DNA of 64,000 nucleotides from Haliotis rufescens (taxonomy: Eukaryota). Position numbers and translations under genes: made by a program. The stretch lies in assembly GCF_023055435.1 (NCBI RefSeq), contig NW_025964223.1, forward strand, positions 49,724,001 to 49,788,000, read 5' to 3'. The notes beneath the pieces were generated by a model, which saw only the letters and a list, made by a program, of their open reading frames with translations, was not told where the DNA came from and made no database searches. Of this stretch, positions 11,528 to 26,445 are shown piece after piece; within the stretch, counting starts at the first letter, position 1; the number at the start of each line of letters is the position of its first letter.

Positions 11528-12762
11528 TTTTTGCTGTGCGATTCCCACTTTTTTTCTTTTTCGACCATAAGGTGCACTTGCCTCATTCACATCTGATGTA
11601 ATCATACACTTTTATTTCCTTGTAAATGGCCCCACTCATGCATGTCTGCTCAAAGACATAGCTGCCAGCCATGTATTCTTACATACCTTTACAGAAAGGA
11701 ATTTTCCACTATACATGTGATCATATTCAGTTGTCAGTTCACCCAACTCGTCAACTATTCTGAAGGCATGTACGTCCTTTTCGCCACATAAAGGTGTTTG
11801 CGTGCACCGATAATTGACTATTTTACTTACTTTCTTACTTTCAAAGCATGAATATATAATATATACATGTAAAATTATAATGTTGTTCGTGTTAAGTCTC
11901 GGCTCACATCTCTTTGCCTACACAGATAAGAAAAGGAGAAAGAGTTAGATCGTACAGAGCGCCTGTCAATAGGAGTTCACTGGCTTGCTGCTGGAAAATG
12001 TATTTTGAAAGCTGTGAGCAAGCTGATCACTGTTGACACGCTTTAAAAATATGAAAAAAAAACGACGCGACTGTGTGATAAACCAGCTATTTTATGTTCC
12101 CCGTTCTAGCTGATCGCTGGCAAACGTACTTTAGACTTATTAGAAAGTATTTCCATACATTTCTCTCGCCATACAACAGGTAGATGTGACATGTTGCAGG
12201 TAGGGGGCTAGGCGAAACGCACACGACCAAGGGCGCACAACTCTTGGCGCTCTATTTGAAAAGTCGTGCACAGGCGAGGCGTGTGTCGGTAAAACACCCC
12301 GTGGATGTCTGGCCTTTATCGCCGTTTTACACCTTTGAACACAACGTGCATGTGCAGCTACACACATAGGAAGTCTGCACTCAGGATATTATATATATCA
12401 ACGACACTAATCGCCTCACTTTCCAACATACACCCATTTGGGGGGTTAATAAACAAGCATAACAACAGTCATTAGTGTGAAGACACACTACCCCACCCCC
12501 CCATCCCCCCCCCCCCCCCCCCCCACACACAATAAAATCCCTGACATACCTTTATCAACATCACCTATGTGTGTTATGTGCGTGGTGGGTGTTGCTGCCA
12601 CGTTATCTCTGTTATCACGAGAACCTGCACTTTATTACTGCTAATATACATATTTATTGTTTTGTTATCAGTGTTTTCAAGTTTTCTTTTGGGGTATTTG
12701 GATGGCCCTGAAAAGGGCCTTTGGACCACAGAAATGTGGAGCGAAGGCGTGACAATGAGAGC

Positions 12763-13326
12763 TTAAGCCTTCTTTGGCTTGACTGCCTTCTTCTTGGGGG
12801 TCTTGACCTTCTTGGGTTTGGCTGCTGCCTTCTTGGGTGTCTTCGCCTTCTTGGGCTTGGCTGCAGCCTTCACCTTCTTTGGTGACTTAGCGGCCTTCTT
12901 AGCGGCTGTTTTGGGTTTCTTGGCAGCAGCTGGCTTCTTGACTTTCTTGGGGGATTTGGCAGCCTTCTTTGGTTTGGCAGCTGCCTTAGCCTTCTTGGGT
13001 TTTTCGTCTTTCTTTGCCTCGCCAAGACGGAATGATCCAGCGGCTCCAGTTCCCTTTGATTGCTTCAGTGCGCCGTTCTTGACTCCATTTTTCAAAGCAG
13101 TCTTGATGCGAGCATTGATGGCCACCTGGTTGTCACCAACCTTGTAGTTGGCCAAGATGTATTTCAGAACAGCCTGTCGGGAAGAACCACCCCTCTCCTT
13201 CAGGGTTGAAATAGCTTTCTTGATCATCTCCAAATAGGTAGGATGTGCGGCAGCCTTCTTAGGCTTGGCAGCAGCCTTCTTCTTGGGAGTCTTGACAACA
13301 GCGGGGGCAGCAGCAGCATCAGCCAT
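12763..13326 (-). CDS. H1: Histone H1, copy 5
   Basis: Identical 187-aa protein. Confidence 0.98.
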   Translation of the reverse strand: MADAAAAPAVVKTPKKKAAAKPKKAAAHPTYLEMIKKAISTLKERGGSSRQAVLKYILANYKVGDNQVAINARIKTALKNGVKNGALKQSKGTGAAGSFRLGEAKKDEKPKKAKAAAKPKKAAKSPKKVKKPAAAKKPKTAAKKAAKSPKKVKAAAKPKKAKTPKKAAAKPKKVKTPKKKAVKPKKA

Positions 13327-14424
13327 AGTGGTAAGTTTGAGTGGTAGAAATTCACGTCAGCTACGAGAGAAGCACAGAGAGCGAATGACACTTCCCCACA
13401 GACAGCCCGGCTGATACTCCGGAGGCGCGGACGTCGGAGGAGACACCCTGCTTGTTGTGGCTGATAGCTGCACGCTTACAAGCGCGTGTGCTTTTTCGTG
13501 TATTTGTATCCGAATAATCACTTCTTAATCAAGGAAAGTTTCAATTTCAACAATACAGTTAGGTAGTAAAAACATTTGGCTACATTTCGGTTACAATAGC
13601 AACGCTCACGGGTGAAGTTCAAAGCCACACGTGCTGTTTCCAATGAAGCGACCCAGTCTAAAATGTAGACATCGCTACTTTCAAAAGCACATTTTTAGCC
13701 TTGAGACTCAAGTTTATGCATTTTAAACGTTGCCTGTCAATTCTCAATATATCTAACTATGAAAGTAAAACACAACACTCATCAGTATTGCCTATGATAA
13801 GCTAGAACAAGCTTTCAAACAACGACAATGAAGCACGTTTTTCTGACGACTTCGCCATTTTGCAACAGAAAACATTTGACACTATATTTCTGGAGACATA
13901 ATTTTGGTCACTTCAATTAGAGTTGAAACTAACTTTGTCATAACAAGTAAGTAACGGGGATTTTACTTTCAGGAAAACAGTCTAGTAAGACGAGGATCTC
14001 GGGACACAAGCAGCTAGGGCGCGAAGCCCCGAACAGTAACATATATACATTGGTGTTTAGATCACTCGATCGGTCGTCACAGATTAAGTCTTTTTGCCTG
14101 TCTTAATAGCACGATATTAGTAGGGGTCTTCGTCGTTTGGATGTTAATTTTACCAGAACAATATAGGCTACCATCCATCAACGAAAAGTGAATGTTTCAG
14201 ACGAAAGGCCGGATCGAGTGAGCGAGTGTGCCGGGCCTCGTGTTAAACAGTGATCGCATGTTTTTAGAACGGCTAGATTTTAATCCCTGTAAATATACAT
14301 CATAAATCAACAAACACAACATGTCTACTGAACCCGCTGAAAACGCGAGCATGCTGTTTTCATGGCAATGTCTGTTTACCAATGTGTGGTGGCTATATGT
14401 AGCTAAAGTTTGCCGACAAGCATT

Positions 14425-14543
14425 GTCTACGGCCATACCACGTTGAAAACACCGGTTCTCGTCCGATCACCGAAGTTAAGCAACGTCGGGCCCGGAGAGT
14501 ACTTGGATGGGTGACCGCCTGGGAACACCGGGTGCAGTAGACA
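14425..14543 (+). rRNA. 5S rRNA: 5S rRNA, copy 5
   Basis: Same as copy 1. Confidence 0.98.
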
Positions 14544-15777
14544 TTTTTGCTGTGCGATTCCCACTTTTTTTCTTTTTCGACCATAAGGTGCACTTGCCTC
14601 ATTCACATCTGATGTAATCATACACTTTTATTTCCTTGTAAATGGCCCCACTCATGCATGTCTGCTCAAAGACATAGCTGCCAGCCATGTATTCTTACAT
14701 ACCTTTACAGAAAGGAATTTTCCACTATACATGTGATCATATTCAGTTGTCAGTTCACCCAACTCGTCAACTATTCTGAAGGCATGTACGTCCTTTTCGC
14801 CACATAAAGGTGTTTGCGTGCACCGATAATTGACTATTTTACTTACTTTCTTACTTTCAAAGCATGAATATATAATATATACATGTAAAATTATAATGTT
14901 GTTCGTGTTAAGTCTCGGCTCACATCTCTTTGCCTACACAGATAAGAAAAGGAGAAAGAGTTAGATCGTACAGAGCGCCTGTCAATAGGAGTTCACTGGC
15001 TTGCTGCTGGAAAATGTATTTTGAAAGCTGTGAGCAAGCTGATCACTGTTGACACGCTTTAAAAATATGAAAAAAAAACGACGCGACTGTGTGATAAACC
15101 AGCTATTTTATGTTCCCCGTTCTAGCTGATCGCTGGCAAACGTACTTTAGACTTATTAGAAAGTATTTCCATACATTTCTCTCGCCATACAACAGGTAGA
15201 TGTGACATGTTGCAGGTAGGGGGCTAGGCGAAACGCACACGACCAAGGGCGCACAACTCTTGGCGCTCTATTTGAAAAGTCGTGCACAGGCGAGGCGTGT
15301 GTCGGTAAAACACCCCGTGGATGTCTGGCCTTTATCGCCGTTTTACACCTTTGAACACAACGTGCATGTGCAGCTACACACATAGGAAGTCTGCACTCAG
15401 GATATTATATATATCAACGACACTAATCGCCTCACTTTCCAACATACACCCATTTGGGGGGTTAATAAACAAGCATAACAACAGTCATTAGTGTGAAGAC
15501 ACACTACCCCACCCCCCCATCCCCCCCCCCCCCCCCCCCACACACAATAAAATCCCTGACATACCTTTATCAACATCACCTATGTGTGTTATGTGCGTGG
15601 TGGGTGTTGCTGCCACGTTATCTCTGTTATCACGAGAACCTGCACTTTATTACTGCTAATATACATATTTATTGTTTTGTTATCAGTGTTTTCAAGTTTT
15701 CTTTTGGGGTATTTGGATGGCCCTGAAAAGGGCCTTTGGACCACAGAAATGTGGAGCGAAGGCGTGACAATGAGAGC

Positions 15778-16341
15778 TTAAGCCTTCTTTGGCTTGACTG
15801 CCTTCTTCTTGGGGGTCTTGACCTTCTTGGGTTTGGCTGCTGCCTTCTTGGGTGTCTTCGCCTTCTTGGGCTTGGCTGCAGCCTTCACCTTCTTTGGTGA
15901 CTTAGCGGCCTTCTTAGCGGCTGTTTTGGGTTTCTTGGCAGCAGCTGGCTTCTTGACTTTCTTGGGGGATTTGGCAGCCTTCTTTGGTTTGGCAGCTGCC
16001 TTAGCCTTCTTGGGTTTTTCGTCTTTCTTTGCCTCGCCAAGACGGAATGATCCAGCGGCTCCAGTTCCCTTTGATTGCTTCAGTGCGCCGTTCTTGACTC
16101 CATTTTTCAAAGCAGTCTTGATGCGAGCATTGATGGCCACCTGGTTGTCACCAACCTTGTAGTTGGCCAAGATGTATTTCAGAACAGCCTGTCGGGAAGA
16201 ACCACCCCTCTCCTTCAGGGTTGAAATAGCTTTCTTGATCATCTCCAAATAGGTAGGATGTGCGGCAGCCTTCTTAGGCTTGGCAGCAGCCTTCTTCTTG
16301 GGAGTCTTGACAACAGCGGGGGCAGCAGCAGCATCAGCCAT
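15778..16341 (-). CDS. H1: Histone H1, copy 6
   Basis: Identical 187-aa protein. Confidence 0.98.
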   Translation of the reverse strand: MADAAAAPAVVKTPKKKAAAKPKKAAAHPTYLEMIKKAISTLKERGGSSRQAVLKYILANYKVGDNQVAINARIKTALKNGVKNGALKQSKGTGAAGSFRLGEAKKDEKPKKAKAAAKPKKAAKSPKKVKKPAAAKKPKTAAKKAAKSPKKVKAAAKPKKAKTPKKAAAKPKKVKTPKKKAVKPKKA

Positions 16342-17439
16342 AGTGGTAAGTTTGAGTGGTAAAAATTCACGTCAGCTACGAGAGAAGCACAGAGAGCGAA
16401 TGACACTTCCCCACAGACAGCCCGGCTGATACTCCGGAGGCGCGGACGTCGGAGGAGACACCCTGCTTGTTGTGGCTGATAGCTGCACGCTTACAAGCGC
16501 GTGTGCTTTTTCGTGTATTTGTATCCGAATAATCACTTCTTAATCAAGGAAAGTTTCAATTTCAACAATACAGTTAGGTAGTAAAAACATTTGGCTACAT
16601 TTCGGTTACAATAGCAACGCTCACGGGTGAAGTTCAAAGCCACACGTGCTGTTTCCAATGAAGCGACCCAGTCTAAAATGTAGACATCGCTACTTTCAAA
16701 AGCACATTTTTAGCCTTGAGACTCAAGTTTATGCATTTTAAACGTTGCCTGTCAATTCTCAATATATCTAACTATGAAAGTAAAACACAACACTCATCAG
16801 TATTGCCTATGATAAGCTAGAACAAGCTTTCAAACAACGACAATGAAGCACGTTTTTCTGACGACTTCGCCATTTTGCAACAGAAAACATTTGACACTAT
16901 ATTTCTGGAGACATAATTTTGGTCACTTCAATTAGAGTTGAAACTAACTTTGTCATAACAAGTAAGTAACGGGGATTTTACTTTCAGGAAAACAGTCTAG
17001 TAAGACGAGGATCTCGGGACACAAGCAGCTAGGGCGCGAAGCCCCGAACAGTAACATATATACATTGGTGTTTAGATCACTCGATCGGTCGTCACAGATT
17101 AAGTCTTTTTGCCTGTCTTAATAGCACGATATTAGTAGGGGTCTTCGTCGTTTGGATGTTAATTTTACCAGAACAATATAGGCTACCATCCATCAACGAA
17201 AAGTGAATGTTTCAGACGAAAGGCCGGATCGAGTGAGCGAGTGTGCCGGGCCTCGTGTTAAACAGTGATCGCATGTTTTTAGAACGGCTAGATTTTAATC
17301 CCTGTAAATATACATCATAAATCAACAAACACAACATGTCTACTGAACCCGCTGAAAACGCGAGCATGCTGTTTTCATGGCAATGTCTGTTTACCAATGT
17401 GTGGTGGCTATATGTAGCTAAAGTTTGCCGACAAGCACT

Positions 17440-17558
17440 GTCTACGGCCATACCACGTTGAAAACACCGGTTCTCGTCCGATCACCGAAGTTAAGCAACG
17501 TCGGGCCCGGAGAGTACTTGGATGGGTGACCGCCTGGGAACACCGGGTGCAGTAGACA
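17440..17558 (+). rRNA. 5S rRNA: 5S rRNA, copy 6
   Basis: Same as copy 1. Confidence 0.98.
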
Positions 17559-18776
17559 TTTTTGCTGTGCGATTCCCACTTTTTTTCTTTTTCGACCATA
17601 AGGTGCACTTGCCTCATTCACATCTGATGTAATCATACACTTTTATTTCCTTGTAAATGGCCCCACTCATGCATGTCTGCTCAAAGACATAGCTGCCAGC
17701 CATGTATTCTTACATACCTTTACAGAAAGGAATTTTCCACTATACATGTGATCATATTCAGTTGTCAGTTCACCCAACTCGTCAACTATTCTGAAGGCAT
17801 GTACGTCCTTTTCGCCACATAAAGGTGTTTGCGTGCACCGATAATTGACTATTTTACTTACTTTCTTACTTTCAAAGCATGAATATATAATATATACATG
17901 TAAAATTATAATGTTGTTCGTGTTAAGTCTCGGCTCACATCTCTTTGCCTACACAGATAAGAAAAGGAGAAAGAGTTAGATCGTACAGAGCGCCTGTCAA
18001 TAGGAGTTCACTGGCTTGCTGCTGGAAAATGTATTTTGAAAGCTGTGAGCAAGCTGATCACTGTTGACACGCTTTAAAAATATGAGAAAAAAAACGACGC
18101 GACTGTGTGATAAACCAGCTATTTTATGTTCCCCGTTCTAGCTGATCGCTGGCAAACGTACTTTAGACTTATTAGAAAGTATTTCCATACATTTCTCTCG
18201 CCATACAACAGGTAGATGTGACATGTTGCAGGTAGGGGGCTAGGCGAAACGCACACGACCAAGGGCGCACAACTCTTGGCGCTCTATTTGAAAAGTCGTG
18301 CACAGGCGAGGCGTGTGTCGGTAAAACACACCGTGGATGTCTGGCCTTTATCGCCGTTTTACACCTTTGAACACAACGTGCATGTGCAGCTACACACATA
18401 GGAAGTCTGCACTCAGGATATTATATATATCAACGACACTAATCGCCTCACTTTCCAACATACACCCATTTGGGGGGTTAATAAACAAGCATAACAACAG
18501 TCATTAGTGTGAAGACACACTACCCCACCCCCCCACACACACACAATAAAATCCCTGACATACCTTTATCAACATCACCTATGTGTGTTATGTGCGTGGT
18601 GGGTGTTGCTGCCACGTTATCTCTGTTATCACGAGAACCTGCACTTTATTACTGCTAATATACATATTTATTGTTTTGTTATCAGTGTTTTCAAGTTTTC
18701 TTTTGGGGTATTTGGATGGCCCTGAAAAGGGCCTTTGGACCACAGAAATGTGGAGCGAAGGCGTGACAATGAGAGC

Positions 18777-19340
18777 TTAAGCCTTCTTTGGCTTGACTGC
18801 CTTCTTCTTGGGGGTCTTGACCTTCTTGGGTTTGGCTGCTGCCTTCTTGGGTGTCTTCGCCTTCTTGGGCTTGGCTGCAGCCTTCACCTTCTTTGGTGAC
18901 TTAGCGGCCTTCTTAGCGGCTGTTTTGGGTTTCTTGGCAGCAGCTGGCTTCTTGACTTTCTTGGGGGATTTGGCAGCCTTCTTTGGTTTGGCAGCTGCCT
19001 TAGCCTTCTTGGGTTTTTCGTCTTTCTTTGCCTCGCCAAGACGGAATGATCCAGCGGCTCCAGTTCCCTTTGATTGCTTCAGTGCGCCGTTCTTGACTCC
19101 ATTTTTCAAAGCAGTCTTGATGCGAGCATTGATGGCCACCTGGTTGTCACCAACCTTGTAGTTGGCCAAGATGTATTTCAGAACAGCCTGTCGGGAAGAA
19201 CCACCCCTCTCCTTCAGGGTTGAAATAGCTTTCTTGATCATCTCCAAATAGGTAGGATGTGCGGCAGCCTTCTTAGGCTTGGCAGCAGCCTTCTTCTTGG
19301 GAGTCTTGACAACAGCGGGGGCAGCAGCAGCATCAGCCAT
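18777..19340 (-). CDS. H1: Histone H1, copy 7
   Basis: Identical 187-aa protein. Confidence 0.98.
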   Translation of the reverse strand: MADAAAAPAVVKTPKKKAAAKPKKAAAHPTYLEMIKKAISTLKERGGSSRQAVLKYILANYKVGDNQVAINARIKTALKNGVKNGALKQSKGTGAAGSFRLGEAKKDEKPKKAKAAAKPKKAAKSPKKVKKPAAAKKPKTAAKKAAKSPKKVKAAAKPKKAKTPKKAAAKPKKVKTPKKKAVKPKKA

Positions 19341-20438
19341 AGTGGTAAGTTTGAGTGGTAAAAATTCACGTCAGCTACGAGAGAAGCACAGAGAGCGAAT
19401 GACACTTCCCCACAGACAGCCCGGCTGATACTCCGGAGGCGCGGACGTCGGAGGAGACACCCTGCTTGTTGTGGCTGATAGCTGCACGCTTACAAGCGCG
19501 TGTGCTTTTTCGTGTATTTGTATCCGAATAATCACTTCTTAATCAAGGAAAGTTTCAATTTCAACAATACAGTTAGGTAGTAAAAACATTTGGCTACATT
19601 TCGGTTACAATAGCAACGCTCACGGGTGAAGTTCAAAGCCACACGTGCTGTTTCCAATGAAGCGACCCAGTCTAAAATGTAGACATCGCTACTTTCAAAA
19701 GCACATTTTTAGCCTTGAGACTCAAGTTTATGCATTTTAAACGTTGCCTGTCAATTCTCAATATATCTAACTATGAAAGTAAAACACAACACTCATCAGT
19801 ATTGCCTATGATAAGCTAGAACAAGCTTTCAAACAACGACAATGAAGCACGTTTTTCTGACGACTTCGCCATTTTGCAACAGAAAACATTTGACACTATA
19901 TTTCTGGAGACATAATTTTGGTCACTTCAATTAGAGTTGAAACTAACTTTGTCATAACAAGTAAGTAACGGGGATTTTACTTTCAGGAAAACAGTCTAGT
20001 AAGACGAGGATCTCGGGACACAAGCAGCTAGGGCGCGAAGCCCCGAACAGTAACATATATACATTGGTGTTTAGATCACTCGATCGGTCGTCACAGATTA
20101 AGTCTTTTTGCCTGTCTTAATAGCACGATATTAGTAGGGGTCTTCGTCGTTTGGATGTTAATTTTACCAGAACAATATAGGCTACCATCCATCAACGAAA
20201 AGTGAATGTTTCAGACGAAAGGCCGGATCGAGTGAGCGAGTGTGCCGGGCCTCGTGTTAAACAGTGATCGCATGTTTTTAGAACGGCTAGATTTTAATCC
20301 CTGTAAATATACATCATAAATCAACAAACACAACATGTCTACTGAACCCGCTGAAAACGCGAGCATGCTGTTTTCATGGCAATGTCTGTTTACCAATGTG
20401 TGGTGGCTATATGTAGCTAAAGTTTGCCGACAAGCACT

Positions 20439-20557
20439 GTCTACGGCCATACCACGTTGAAAACACCGGTTCTCGTCCGATCACCGAAGTTAAGCAACGT
20501 CGGGCCCGGAGAGTACTTGGATGGGTGACCGCCTGGGAACACCGGGTGCAGTAGACA
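20439..20557 (+). rRNA. 5S rRNA: 5S rRNA, copy 7
   Basis: Same as copy 1. Confidence 0.98.
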
Positions 20558-21775
20558 TTTTTGCTGTGCGATTCCCACTTTTTTTCTTTTTCGACCATAA
20601 GGTGCACTTGCCTCATTCACATCTGATGTAATCATACACTTTTATTTCCTTGTAAATGGCCCCACTCATGCATGTCTGCTCAAAGACATAGCTGCCAGCC
20701 ATGTATTCTTACATACCTTTACAGAAAGGAATTTTCCACTATACATGTGATCATATTCAGTTGTCAGTTCACCCAACTCGTCAACTATTCTGAAGGCATG
20801 TACGTCCTTTTCGCCACATAAAGGTGTTTGCGTGCACCGATAATTGACTATTTTACTTACTTTCTTACTTTCAAAGCATGAATATATAATATATACATGT
20901 AAAATTATAATGTTGTTCGTGTTAAGTCTCGGCTCACATCTCTTTGCCTACACAGATAAGAAAAGGAGAAAGAGTTAGATCGTACAGAGCGCCTGTCAAT
21001 AGGAGTTCACTGGCTTGCTGCTGGAAAATGTATTTTGAAAGCTGTGAGCAAGCTGATCACTGTTGACACGCTTTAAAAATATGAGAAAAAAAACGACGCG
21101 ACTGTGTGATAAACCAGCTATTTTATGTTCCCCGTTCTAGCTGATCGCTGGCAAACGTACTTTAGACTTATTAGAAAGTATTTCCATACATTTCTCTCGC
21201 CATACAACAGGTAGATGTGACATGTTGCAGGTAGGGGGCTAGGCGAAACGCACACGACCAAGGGCGCACAACTCTTGGCGCTCTATTTGAAAAGTCGTGC
21301 ACAGGCGAGGCGTGTGTCGGTAAAACACACCGTGGATGTCTGGCCTTTATCGCCGTTTTACACCTTTGAACACAACGTGCATGTGCAGCTACACACATAG
21401 GAAGTCTGCACTCAGGATATTATATATATCAACGACACTAATCGCCTCACTTTCCAACATACACCCATTTGGGGGGTTAATAAACAAGCATAACAACAGT
21501 CATTAGTGTGAAGACACACTACCCCACCCCCCCACACACACACAATAAAATCCCTGACATACCTTTATCAACATCACCTATGTGTGTTATGTGCGTGGTG
21601 GGTGTTGCTGCCACGTTATCTCTGTTATCACGAGAACCTGCACTTTATTACTGCTAATATACATATTTATTGTTTTGTTATCAGTGTTTTCAAGTTTTCT
21701 TTTGGGGTATTTGGATGGCCCTGAAAAGGGCCTTTGGACCACAGAAATGTGGAGCGAAGGCGTGACAATGAGAGC

Positions 21776-22340
21776 TTAAGCCTTCTTTGGCTTGACTGCC
21801 TTCTTCTTGGGGGTCTTGACCTTCTTGGGTTTGGCTGCTGCCTTCTTGGGTGTCTTCGCCTTCTTGGGCTTGGCTGCAGCCTTCACCTTCTTTGGTGACT
21901 TAGCGGCCTTCTTAGCGGCTGTTTTGGGTTTCTTGGCAGCAGCTGGCTTCTTGACTTTCTTGGGGGATTTGGCAGCCTTCTTTGGTTTGGCAGCTGCCTT
22001 AGCCTTCTTGGGTTTTTCGTCTTTCTTTGCCTCGCCAAGACGGAATGATCCAGCGGCTCCAGTTCCCTTTGATTGCTTCAGTGCGCCGTTCTTGACTCCA
22101 TTTTTCAAAGCAGTCTTGATGCGAGCATTGATGGCCACCTGGTTGTCACCAACCTTGTAGTTGGCCAAGATGTATTTCAGAACAGCCTGTCGGGAAGAAC
22201 CACCCCTCTCCTTCAGGGTTGAAATAGCTTTCTTGATCATCTCCAAATAGGTAGGATGTGCGGCAGCCTTCTGAAGGCTTGGCAGCAGCCTTCTTCTTGG
22301 GAGTCTTGACAACAGCGGGGGCAGCAGCAGCATCAGCCAT
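21776..22340 (-). pseudogene. H1: Histone H1, copy 8, frameshifted
   Basis: + strand CCTTCTTAGGC is changed to CCTTCTGAAGGC at ~22273 (+1 bp). The normal ATG now gives a 64-aa product (22146-22340) lacking the globular domain. Confidence 0.85.
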
Positions 22341-23438
22341 AGTGGTAAGTTTGAGTGGTAAAAATTCACGTCAGCTACGAGAGAAGCACAGAGAGCGAAT
22401 GACACTTCCCCATAGACAGCCCGGCTGATACTCCGGAGGCGCGGACGTCGGAGGAGACACCCTGCTTGTTGTGGCTGATAGCTGCACGCTTACAAGCGCG
22501 TGTGCTTTTTCGTGTATTTGTATCCGAATAATCACTTCTTAATCAAGGAAAGTTTCAATTTCAACAATACAGTTAGGTAGTAAAAACATTTGGCTACATT
22601 TCGGTTACAATAGCAACGCTCACGGGTGAAGTTCAAAGCCACACGTGCTGTTTCCAATGAAGCGACCCAGTCTAAAATGTAGACATCGCTACTTTCAAAA
22701 GCACATTTTTAGCCTTGAGACTCAAGTTTATGCATTTTAAACGTTGCCTGTCAATTCTCAATATATCTAACTATGAAAGTAAAACACAACACTCATCAGT
22801 ATTGCCTATGATAAGCTAGAACAAGCTTTCAAACAACGACAATGAAGCACGTTTTTCTGACGACTTCGCCATTTTGCAACAGAAAACATTTGACACTATA
22901 TTTCTGGAGACATAATTTTGGTCACTTCAATTAGAGTTGAAACTAACTTTGTCATAACAAGTAAGTAACGGGGATTTTACTTTCAGGAAAACAGTCTAGT
23001 AAGACGAGGATCTCGGGACACAAGCAGCTAGGGCGCGAAGCCCCGAACAGTAACATATATACATTGGTGTTTAGATCACTCGATCGGTCGTCACAGATTA
23101 AGTCTTTTTGCCTGTCTTAATAGCACGATATTAGTAGGGGTCTTCGTCGTTTGGATGTTAATTTTACCAGAACAATATAGGCTACCATCCATCAACGAAA
23201 AGTGAATGTTTCAGACGAAAGGCCGGATCGAGTGAGCGAGTGTGCCGGGCCTCGTGTTAAACAGTGATCGCATGTTTTTAGAACGGCTAGATTTTAATCC
23301 CTGTAAATATACATCATAAATCAACAAACACAACATGTCTACTGAACCCGCTGAAAACGCGAGCATGCTGTTTTCATGGCAATGTCTGTTTACCAATGTG
23401 TGGTGGCTATATGTAGCTAAAGTTTGCCGACAAGCATT

Positions 23439-23557
23439 GTCTACGGCCATACCACGTTGAAAACACCGGTTCTCGTCCGATCACCGAAGTTAAGCAACGT
23501 CGGGCCCGGAGAGTACTTGGATGGGTGACCGCCTGGGAACACCGGGTGCAGTAGACA
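23439..23557 (+). rRNA. 5S rRNA: 5S rRNA, copy 8
   Basis: Same as copy 1. Confidence 0.98.
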
Positions 23558-24783
23558 TTTTTGCTGTGCGATTCCCACTTTTTTTCTTTTTCGACCATAA
23601 GGTGCACTTGCCTCATTCACATCTGATGTAATCATACACTTTTATTTCCTTGTAAATGGCCCCACTCATGCATGTCTGCTCAAAGACATAGCTGCCAGCC
23701 ATGTATTCTTACATACCTTTACAGAAAGGAATTTTCCACTATACATGTGATCATATTCAGTTGTCAGTTCACCCAACTCGTCAACTATTCTGAAGGCATG
23801 TACGTCCTTTTCGCCACATAAAGGTGTTTGCGTGCACCGATAATTGACTATTTTACTTACTTTCTTACTTTCAAAGCATGAATATATAATATATACATGT
23901 AAAATTATAATGTTGTTCGTGTTAAGTCTCGGCTCACATCTCTTTGCCTACACAGATAAGAAAAGGAGAAAGAGTTAGATCGTACAGAGCGCCTGTCAAT
24001 AGGAGTTCACTGGCTTGCTGCTGGAAAATGTATTTTGAAAGCTGTGAGCAAGCTGATCACTGTTGACACGCTTTAAAAATATGAAAAAAAAACGACGCGA
24101 CTGTGTGATAAACCAGCTATTTTATGTTCCCCGTTCTAGCTGATCGCTGGCAAACGTACTTTAGACTTATTAGAAAGTATTTCCATACATTTCTCTCGCC
24201 ATACAACAGGTAGATGTGACATGTTGCAGGTAGGGGGCTAGGCGAAACGCACACGACCAAGGGCGCACAACTCTTGGCGCTCTATTTGAAAAGTCGTGCA
24301 CAGGCGAGGCGTGTGTCGGTAAAACACCCCGTGGATGTCTGGCCTTTATCGCCGTTTTACACCTTTGAACACAACGTGCATGTGCAGCTACACACATAGG
24401 AAGTCTGCACTCAGGATATTATATATATCAACGACACTAATCGCCTCACTTTCCAACATACACCCATTTGGGGGGTTAATAAACAAGCATAACAACAGTC
24501 ATTAGTGTGAAGACACACTACCCCACCCCCCCCATCCCCCCCCACACACACAATAAAATCCCTGACATACCTTTATCAACATCACCTATGTGTGTTATGT
24601 GCGTGGTGGGTGTTGCTGCCACGTTATCTCTGTTATCACGAGAACCTGCACTTTATTACTGCTAATATACATATTTATTGTTTTGTTATCAGTGTTTTCA
24701 AGTTTTCTTTTGGGGTATTTGGATGGCCCTGAAAAGGGCCTTTGGACCACAGAAATGTGGAGCGAAGGCGTGACAATGAGAGC

Positions 24784-25347
24784 TTAAGCCTTCTTTGGCT
24801 TGACTGCCTTCTTCTTGGGGGTCTTGACCTTCTTGGGTTTGGCTGCTGCCTTCTTGGGTGTCTTCGCCTTCTTGGGCTTGGCTGCAGCCTTCACCTTCTT
24901 TGGTGACTTAGCGGCCTTCTTAGCGGCTGTTTTGGGTTTCTTGGCAGCAGCTGGCTTCTTGACTTTCTTGGGGGATTTGGCAGCCTTCTTTGGTTTGGCA
25001 GCTGCCTTAGCCTTCTTGGGTTTTTCGTCTTTCTTTGCCTCGCCAAGACGGAATGATCCAGCGGCTCCAGTTCCCTTTGATTGCTTCAGTGCGCCGTTCT
25101 TGACTCCATTTTTCAAAGCAGTCTTGATGCGAGCATTGATGGCCACCTGGTTGTCACCAACCTTGTAGTTGGCCAAGATGTATTTCAGAACAGCCTGTCG
25201 GGAAGAACCACCCCTCTCCTTCAGGGTTGAAATAGCTTTCTTGATCATCTCCAAATAGGTAGGATGTGCGGCAGCCTTCTTAGGCTTGGCAGCAGCCTTC
25301 TTCTTGGGAGTCTTGACAACAGCGGGGGCAGCAGCAGCATCAGCCAT
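24784..25347 (-). CDS. H1: Histone H1, copy 9
   Basis: Identical 187-aa protein. Confidence 0.98.
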   Translation of the reverse strand: MADAAAAPAVVKTPKKKAAAKPKKAAAHPTYLEMIKKAISTLKERGGSSRQAVLKYILANYKVGDNQVAINARIKTALKNGVKNGALKQSKGTGAAGSFRLGEAKKDEKPKKAKAAAKPKKAAKSPKKVKKPAAAKKPKTAAKKAAKSPKKVKAAAKPKKAKTPKKAAAKPKKVKTPKKKAVKPKKA

Positions 25348-26445
25348 AGTGGTAAGTTTGAGTGGTAAAAATTCACGTCAGCTACGAGAGAAGCACAGAG
25401 AGCGAATGACACTTCCCCACAGACAGCCCGGCTGATACTCCGGAGGCGCGGACGTCGGAGGAGACACCCTGCTTGTTGTGGCTGATAGCTGCACGCTTAC
25501 AAGCGCGTGTGCTTTTTCGTGTATTTGTATCCGAATAATCACTTCTTAATCAAGGAAAGTTTCAATTTCAACAATACAGTTAGGTAGTAAAAACATTTGG
25601 CTACATTTCGGTTACAATAGCAACGCTCACGGGTGAAGTTCAAAGCCACACGTGCTGTTTCCAATGAAGCGACCCAGTCTAAAATGTAGACATCGCTACT
25701 TTCAAAAGCACATTTTTAGCCTTGAGACTCAAGTTTATGCATTTTAAACGTTGCCTGTCAATTCTCAATATATCTAACTATGAAAGTAAAACACAACACT
25801 CATCAGTATTGCCTATGATAAGCTAGAACAAGCTTTCAAACAACGACAATGAAGCACGTTTTTCTGACGACTTCGCCATTTTGCAACAGAAAACATTTGA
25901 CACTATATTTCTGGAGACATAATTTTGGTCACTTCAATTAGAGTTGAAACTAACTTTGTCATAACAAGTAAGTAACGGGGATTTTACTTTCAGGAAAACA
26001 GTCTAGTAAGACGAGGATCTCGGGACACAAGCAGCTAGGGCGCGAAGCCCCGAACAGTAACATATATACATTGGTGTTTAGATCACTCGATCGGTCGTCA
26101 CAGATTAAGTCTTTTTGCCTGTCTTAATAGCACGATATTAGTAGGGGTCTTCGTCGTTTGGATGTTAATTTTACCAGAACAATATAGGCTACCATCCATC
26201 AACGAAAAGTGAATGTTTCAGACGAAAGGCCGGATCGAGTGAGCGAGTGTGCCGGGCCTCGTGTTAAACAGTGATCACATGTTTTTAGAACGGCTAGATT
26301 TTAATCCCTGTAAATATACATCATAAATCAACAAACACAACATGTCTACTGAACCCGCTGAAAACGCGAGCATGCTGTTTTCATGGCAATGTCTGTTTAC
26401 CAATGTGTGGTGGCTATATGTAGCTAAAGTTTGCCGACAAGCATT

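Noticed and set aside
21776-22405. 209-aa N-terminally extended H1 in unit 8
   Set aside because: A product of the frameshift. Its start lies at or upstream of the putative cap site, so it is unlikely to be translated.
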